Position numbers and translations under genes: made by a program. Source: Blastocystis sp. subtype 4 (Eukaryota). From it: a DNA stretch of 57,125 bases. Under the pieces are notes generated by a model. It worked only from the letters and a program-made list of their open reading frames with translations. It did not search any database and was not told the origin of the DNA. Of this stretch, positions 51,519 through 57,125 are shown one piece after another (within the stretch, counting starts at the first letter, position 1; every line of letters starts with the position of its first letter). Where the stretch lies: NCBI RefSeq assembly GCF_000743755.1, contig NW_014569518.1:1-57125 (forward strand), read 5' to 3'.

Positions 51519-52972
51519 TAGTGGTTTCTGTTGTTTCCAGAAAACAAATGAACAGCCATCAAGATCCAATTCATTAGGGTCATTTGTTACATTCCCTTTG
51601 GACGATACAAATGGAATTGTGATTGTAGGTTGCAGATCTAGGAGAGCAAGAAACCTATCAGTTTGGTTGTTTCCTCTTCGAACAGCTACAGTTCCATCGT
51701 ATCCATCATTACTGGATCCATAGTAAATTGGAGCAGTTTGTACAAAGTTGAATGGAATTGCGAAGCCATGCTCCATGTTTCCTCCTTCCTTTTGAACTAA
51801 TTCTGCAATAAATGCCTCAGTAGACGGTTGTACTTCAATCTTTTCAGGTAGAATAACTCGATTAGGAGATACAGACTCAAATCGATGTGAATCCTTAACA
51901 ATCTCGAGCCATTCTGGATCATAATATAACTAAGTATAAATCTTCGTACATACAATCACTTTGTTATCCTCCATCTCCGAAGCACGAACCTCCATTTCTA
52001 CTACCTGCATGAAGTCTCGTCCTTGAAGGCATTTATCTAATGCCAAGAACCGAGTTTTCCCATCAATGGCAGCCGTTGGCCGTGATTCAGAGATGTCTTC
52101 TTCTTTAGAGTCATCCTCTGGAGATACAGGATTCGTTGGCGAATGAGTCATTTCATGTGGATAGATTGCTGTGAACTTCACATGTAGATGAGCTGCAAAC
52201 CAATACGCTGGCTATCAATCAATTGATTGAAGTAGACTTACCTTTAACTCGTTCAGAATCGTCATCAGGGGGATCGAACCCAAACACATATTATTGATAT
52301 CTGTTCTAAAACTCATTCAATCACTCAACAATAACTGAAAGTGGGGTTTTCTCTGAAGAAGAGCATGAGTGTCTCCATACTGGAAGATTTGAGAGGGCCA
52401 GTCATGTGAAATCATAATATCAACTGGAGAAGAATAAGAAAGTAACTTTAGAATTTCGAGATGACGATAATGGAATGAACTAGCAAGAGCCGGATCATAT
52501 CCACTGTGACTAAACGGTACTGTTTCATAGTATCCACATTCATAATCTTGCGAATTCCAGATGCCCGAAATCGCTCCTATCCTCAGACCTTTAAAACGGA
52601 TCACATTTGAGCAACCCAAATAATAAATATTTGGTGCAACCCATCCACCATAATGTAACTCACGATGATAATTGACAGCTTCATGATTTCCTCCAATATA
52701 GATAGTAAGAATCGGTGCTTTTCTTTCTCCATTGTAGTATCGGAAGAAATCCATCTAGATTCGATTCTTATGCAAATCTATACCATATGCAAGTATTTCT
52801 CTGGACATTTCATACATCCAAGATCTTCTTGATTCCTTACAGCTTGGAAATCTCCCGTAATGATGAGTAGGTCAATTGGCTTGCCCTTCTCGGCAAATAC
52901 ATTACACATTCGATAATAGGTATCCAACTCTCCATGTCCACAACCTGTAACAGCTATGTTAATTGAAGGCAT
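51483..52972 (-). CDS. DBR1: RNA lariat debranching enzyme
   Basis: IAVTGCGHGELD, GDFQAVRN, GGNHE, GGWVAPNIYYLG, SHDWP, WFAAHLH, TRFLALDKCL and C-terminal DPNELDLD. The real end may be near 51554. Confidence 0.95.
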
Positions 52973-53019
52973 TGAGAATGTGACTGGACTCCAAACAAAC
53001 AACCACAAGCTATATCACA

Positions 53020-54741
53020 TTAATAAGTATTTTCCCTCTTTAGCATTTGATCATGGATCTGTTGTCCAGCACAACAATGATGTACTAGACAGTTCTTATC
53101 CTTGCAAACAATATCATTACACCCTTCCTTCTCTCCACTTGCTCGAATTACTTCCACCTGAACAGTAGAACTGTGAATATTCGACTTATGGAAGATCGAT
53201 TTCACATCGTCCATCACCTTCTGGTGGTTGCAATAGTGTGAGCATACAATATGTACTGACCCGATATTCACATCATCGTTCAGTTGCCAGATATGGAGAC
53301 CATGGAAAGACTCCACACCAGGGGTCTTGCTAATGGCCTCTCGAAGCTTGGGAACATTAATGGACTTTGGAGCCGTTTGGAGGAGGATTCCTGTGACGCT
53401 CTTGAACAGAGGAATGCAGGAATGCAGAATCAACAACACAATCAGCAATGAGCAAATTGGATCAGCATAGAATCGCCATGAGAATCTCTCTGGGAGGAAG
53501 CGGATGAAACAAGCACTAGCAATAGCAGCCACTGATCCCAAGGCATCTCCCATCACATGAAGGAGGACAGCCTGAATATTACTGGAACGTTTCCGCTTGG
53601 TTTGCTTCTTGGGCCCCATCTCCACTACTACTGAACCATCTTCATGGTGTTCATGTTCGTGTTCATGTTCGTGTTCATGCCCATGCTCATGCTCATGCCC
53701 ATGCTCATGCTCATGCCCATGCTCATGCTCATGTTCATGTTCATGCTCGTGCTCATGATGATGTTCGTGCTCGTGTTCATGCTCATGTTCTTCTTCATCC
53801 TCATGATGATGTCCGTGGTCGTGTCCATGAGCATGTCCATGAGCATGTCCATGAGGGTCTGATCCAGTACAACCAAAGATACACAATCCCAACAGATTGA
53901 TCACAAGGCCCAGAATAGAAACAGCCAAATTCCAGCCAGAACGCTGAGCCATCGATTCCTTCACCTCACCAATATCAAAGAATCGAGTCAGTGCTTCAAT
54001 CACAATATTCAAACACACTGATAATAAGAACACTGAATTGATCATAGCTCCCATTACCTCAAAACGACTCCATCCATAAGTGTACGAATCGGTACTCTTC
54101 TTCCCTGATAAGGACAGGGCCCAGAAGGCAACAAGTAAAGCAATGAGATCACTAGCCATGTGCATAGCATCAGCCTGAAGAGCCAATGAACTTGCATAAA
54201 TACCAACAACAAATTCCACAATCATAAAACCTCCCGTCATACACATCATCGCCACTAAATTACAACGCTCCTTCTTCACACGACTCTCCTTTTTCTTTTG
54301 TTCCTCAATAATATGATTCTTCTCTTCCTCACTGAGATTGTATTGTCGCTTCTCATTCTCTGGTTCTGGAAAATCCGCTAACGAACTACAAAAATAAGTC
54401 CACTCATATAGCCGACATACAGGAGATTGCGAAGATTCTTAACATACATCTTTGTAGGTTGCGTAGCTGAAGCATCATAAATACCATGATTATCGAAGTG
54501 TCCATTGTGAAGATGATGCAAAGTTCCATTCATTACCACATCCAAATGGTTATTATGCACAACAACCTCATAGTTGGAGTCCTGGCTTAGTACTTTCTCC
54601 AGGCAATGCTCATCACCACAGTTCTCACATACACATGGGGAACACTCCCTAAGCAATTACAACTACCGTACTATCGCACTCATGAAGTTCGTTAATAGGA
54701 TTGTTCGCCTTAACCTCTTGTAGCTCGACTTCTGCACTCAT
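53020..54741 (-). CDS. CDF/ZnT (SLC30A1-like) zinc transporter with a His-rich loop and an extra N-terminal His/Cys domain
   Basis: SLALQADAMHMASD, YTYGWSRFEVMGAMIN, LHVMGDALGS, ADPICS and HGLHIWQL. Upstream exons encode CENCGDEHC...HNNHLDVVMNGTLHHLHNGHFDNHG. Confidence 0.9.
53641..53853 (-). repeat. Coding hexamer repeat encoding the (HE)n/(HG)n loop of the ZnT
   Basis: Plus-strand CATGCT/CATGTT/CATGCC runs encode HGHAHGH...HEHEHEHGHEH. Confidence 0.9.
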
Positions 54742-55215
54742 TGAAAGTTATTATGATGTGATTTCCACTCTAAGGAGAACTACAATCTGATTGGCTGAGC
54801 CAAGCCTAGATGAAAATAGGAGAGGAAATCCTCGAGGCCTCGATTACGTCTATTATCCCTTTAATTCTACGTCTCTTTTCTCCCTTTCTTTCTATACTCA
54901 CTTTTTCCCCTCCTTCTTTATAATAGGACCAAGTGGTTATCGATAGAACTCAAATCTCGATACATAGACTTGGTTGGACATAATCGAGGAATTGTGTTTT
55001 TTCAAATTCTAAGCTATTATCCTGTAGAATCCATATATCAAGTGGATACGTGGTAGGCGTACTACCAATGCAGTAAGGAGCGAATCAGTTTACTACAGGA
55101 GAAATGAACTAGTTGCCTAGTATAACGGATCTGTTCTATATTCAATGAATAATTCTCATGCTTCTCTATCCATTTTCACGATCTTTCTATCAAACAACAA
55201 ATAACCCTAAATGAA

Positions 55216-56891
55216 CTATTTGAATCCCATGATCTCTTTGAACTCCTGACGAGTGAGAAAAGCCGGACGTAGACGTTCTTGAATCGCTACGACTCCCTTT
55301 TGGCGTTTTATGATATTTCCAACAGGGATCTGAATCGTATCATCCTACAAATTCACCAAGCAATTCAACACAATACAATAATAATCCCTTCCAAAGGTGG
55401 ATATATGACATTCTGAAGAAAGTCAGATATGGTCTCCAAATCCTTGTGTTTGTTGATTAGAAGAATTTGCTCAGGCTTTGCTTCTGCAGTGAAGTAAGCT
55501 GGAGGACTATCGAGAAGAATATACAGCATCAACTGCATCTGTGTGAGACTGGTCTTGCGTTGTTCCAATCCTATTCTAACATACTTCAATAAATTTCATA
55601 CGAATGAATGAATCGTCAAAGAAAAAGAAGCGAGCATGAATCTTCCGATTCTTCTCAAAGAAGAAGAATTCAGACCGATCAAAGAAGTAACTCCTTGCTT
55701 GCCACTTCAAATATTGATCACTAGTCTATTACTCCTTCTTCATCCCTACTCTTCTGGGGAGAGTGTAATACCATTCTCTCGTGCTTTCTCTTTTTCATCC
55801 TCATAAATAGTTTTCCAAATATCGTTTGTTAATTGGAGCTTAATGATCTTGTCAAAAGTTGTTTCTTCAATTCGAAGATTGTTCTTGACCGCCATGCGAT
55901 AGTATTCTTCGACTTGTTTAAAATGATGTAGTTTGCATAATGAACCTATCAAACTATCCATTGCCATAGAATGCAAGATGGGACTATTGTTCTTCGCCTT
56001 TTCACACATCGACTCTGCCAATTCAAGGCATTTATTGTAATGTCCAGCAATTTCCAATCCTTTGAGTAGTTTCCAGTTCTGACTCGCGTCACGATATCCA
56101 CTGCTATCATAGCAATTGGATTGAATAATCTTCATAGCATCATCATCTAATCGTTTTGAAAACAGCATCATCGCAAATGAGCCTACAATTAACTAAATAC
56201 CCAAAATCTACAGTAGAGATGTGGAGAATGCCGCCATGAGTCAGGAACCGTCTGCCATACAGTACCAGCAAATTGAAGCTTCCGCTCCAACACAGCGGAT
56301 GTCATGAGCATATCGGCTACTGGAAGAGACATATCCACATGACCCTAGTTATAGAAAGAGATCACCATAATTACATCTCGTTTTAGAAGGTATTGATGAA
56401 ACGAAAGTAATAGTTTAAATTGCCTTTGTCGAAACAAGCAAGAATAGAGAATTTGTAATGCCTCACGATGACACAACTTTCGATAACTTACATTTCCATC
56501 CATCGGAACCCAGAGTTCAGAATACTGAAATAGACGTTTACGCAACTAGAGATGATAGATATTCCTATTAAACTCACTGTCATGATGTTGTTTACCTTGA
56601 AGTCAGTTTTCACATATGTTGATATTCGTGACAAATCAGGTTCAGAAAATGGCATTGAGATACGATTAATCAAGGCATATCTACATATGACTCGTTGAAC
56701 GATTCTTTCTACTTGTCTCTATCATCCATGTTTTCAAATACCTGGGATGCAGCTGAAGGGATATATTTTGTTGAGTTCTCTTCTCCATTGACGAAATTGC
56801 TAGAAAAGCGGGCTGTAAGAGATTTAAATTGCTGTTTTACAATATTAATAGTTGTTGTAACCCCCCGCTTCCAACAACATCCATGAAGCAT
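55216..56891 (-). CDS. Helical-repeat (PPR-like) protein with a presequence-like N-terminus
   Basis: AMDSLIGSLCKLHHFKQVEEYYRMAVKNNLRIEETTF is PPR-like; N-terminus QQFKSLTARFSS. ATG 56891 is preferred because 56933 lies upstream of the neighbouring gene's TGTTTGTT. Confidence 0.5.
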
Positions 56892-56944
56892 GATCAACAA
56901 TGATGTAACAAACAACGGATACTTAAAACACATCGTATATAAAT

Positions 56945-57125
56945 CTACTTCTTTTCCTTCTTGCTCTTCTTATCTTTCTTTTCCTTCTTATCTTTCTTGT
57001 CTTTCTTATCTTTCTTCTCCTTCTTCTCCTTCTTCTTGTCCTTCACTTCCTCCTTCTTCTCTTCCTTCTCTTCTTTCACCTCCTCCTCTATCACCTTCTC
57101 CTCTTCCTTCGGCTTCATCTGCTTC
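56945..57125 (-). CDS. 3' end of a gene with a KKE/KKD-repeat tail (typical of nucleolar proteins such as Nop56/Nop58/Cbf5); partial
   Basis: Open frame KQMKPKEEEKVIEEEVKEEKEEKKEEVKDKKKEKKEKKDKKDKKDKKEKKDKKSKKEKK*, then TGTTTGTT at minus 56915-56908. Confidence 0.6.
   Translation of the reverse strand, partial: KQMKPKEEEKVIEEEVKEEKEEKKEEVKDKKKEKKEKKDKKDKKDKKEKKDKKSKKEKK

Noticed and set aside
53628..53876. Met-rich ORFs (MSMSMGM / MLMLMPM) on both strands
   Set aside because: They are alternative-frame and antisense readings of the ZnT His-Glu hexamer repeat.
56945..57125. CT-rich simple repeat as a telomeric or satellite sequence
   Set aside because: It is an open Lys/Glu/Asp-coding frame on the minus strand ending in TAG and a poly(A) motif.

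Overview
Very gene-dense eukaryotic nuclear DNA, almost certainly from the anaerobic stramenopile Blastocystis (inference). The evidence is GT-AG introns of about 30 nt, intergenic gaps of tens of bp, a TGTTTGTT 3'-processing motif after genes, and genes whose UAA stop would have to be completed by polyadenylation. Splicing by eye gives about 32 protein genes and two identical tRNA-Pro(TGG) genes. The protein genes include RPS6 (partial), a MORN-repeat protein, a GalNAc-T, a P5A ATPase, a PAK kinase, a FoP/CHTOP-like protein, Mic60, PP2A-A, Dim1, eIF2gamma, an E3BP-like protein, LRR and SAPS-like proteins, a TSET TSAUCER-like subunit, RPS3, EEF2KMT, RPC25, GCN1, GT77, a trihelix/Myb protein, CDC73, Era, two PPR-like proteins, a C2H2 zinc finger, YIP1, DBR1 and a ZnT. 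The best hidden signal, absent from the ORF track, is a 4-exon selenoprotein K gene on the minus strand (24616-24213) with an in-frame UGA (...CSSGG-U-GAK*) and a canonical SECIS element directly downstream. Other highlights: a protein with eight tandem ubiquitin-like domains and a 30-nt phase-1 intron at the same position in 7 of 8 repeats; a PDH E3BP-like protein with no lipoyl domain and no catalytic motif; and several poly(A)-created stop codons. All family assignments come from motifs recognised by eye, not from database searches.
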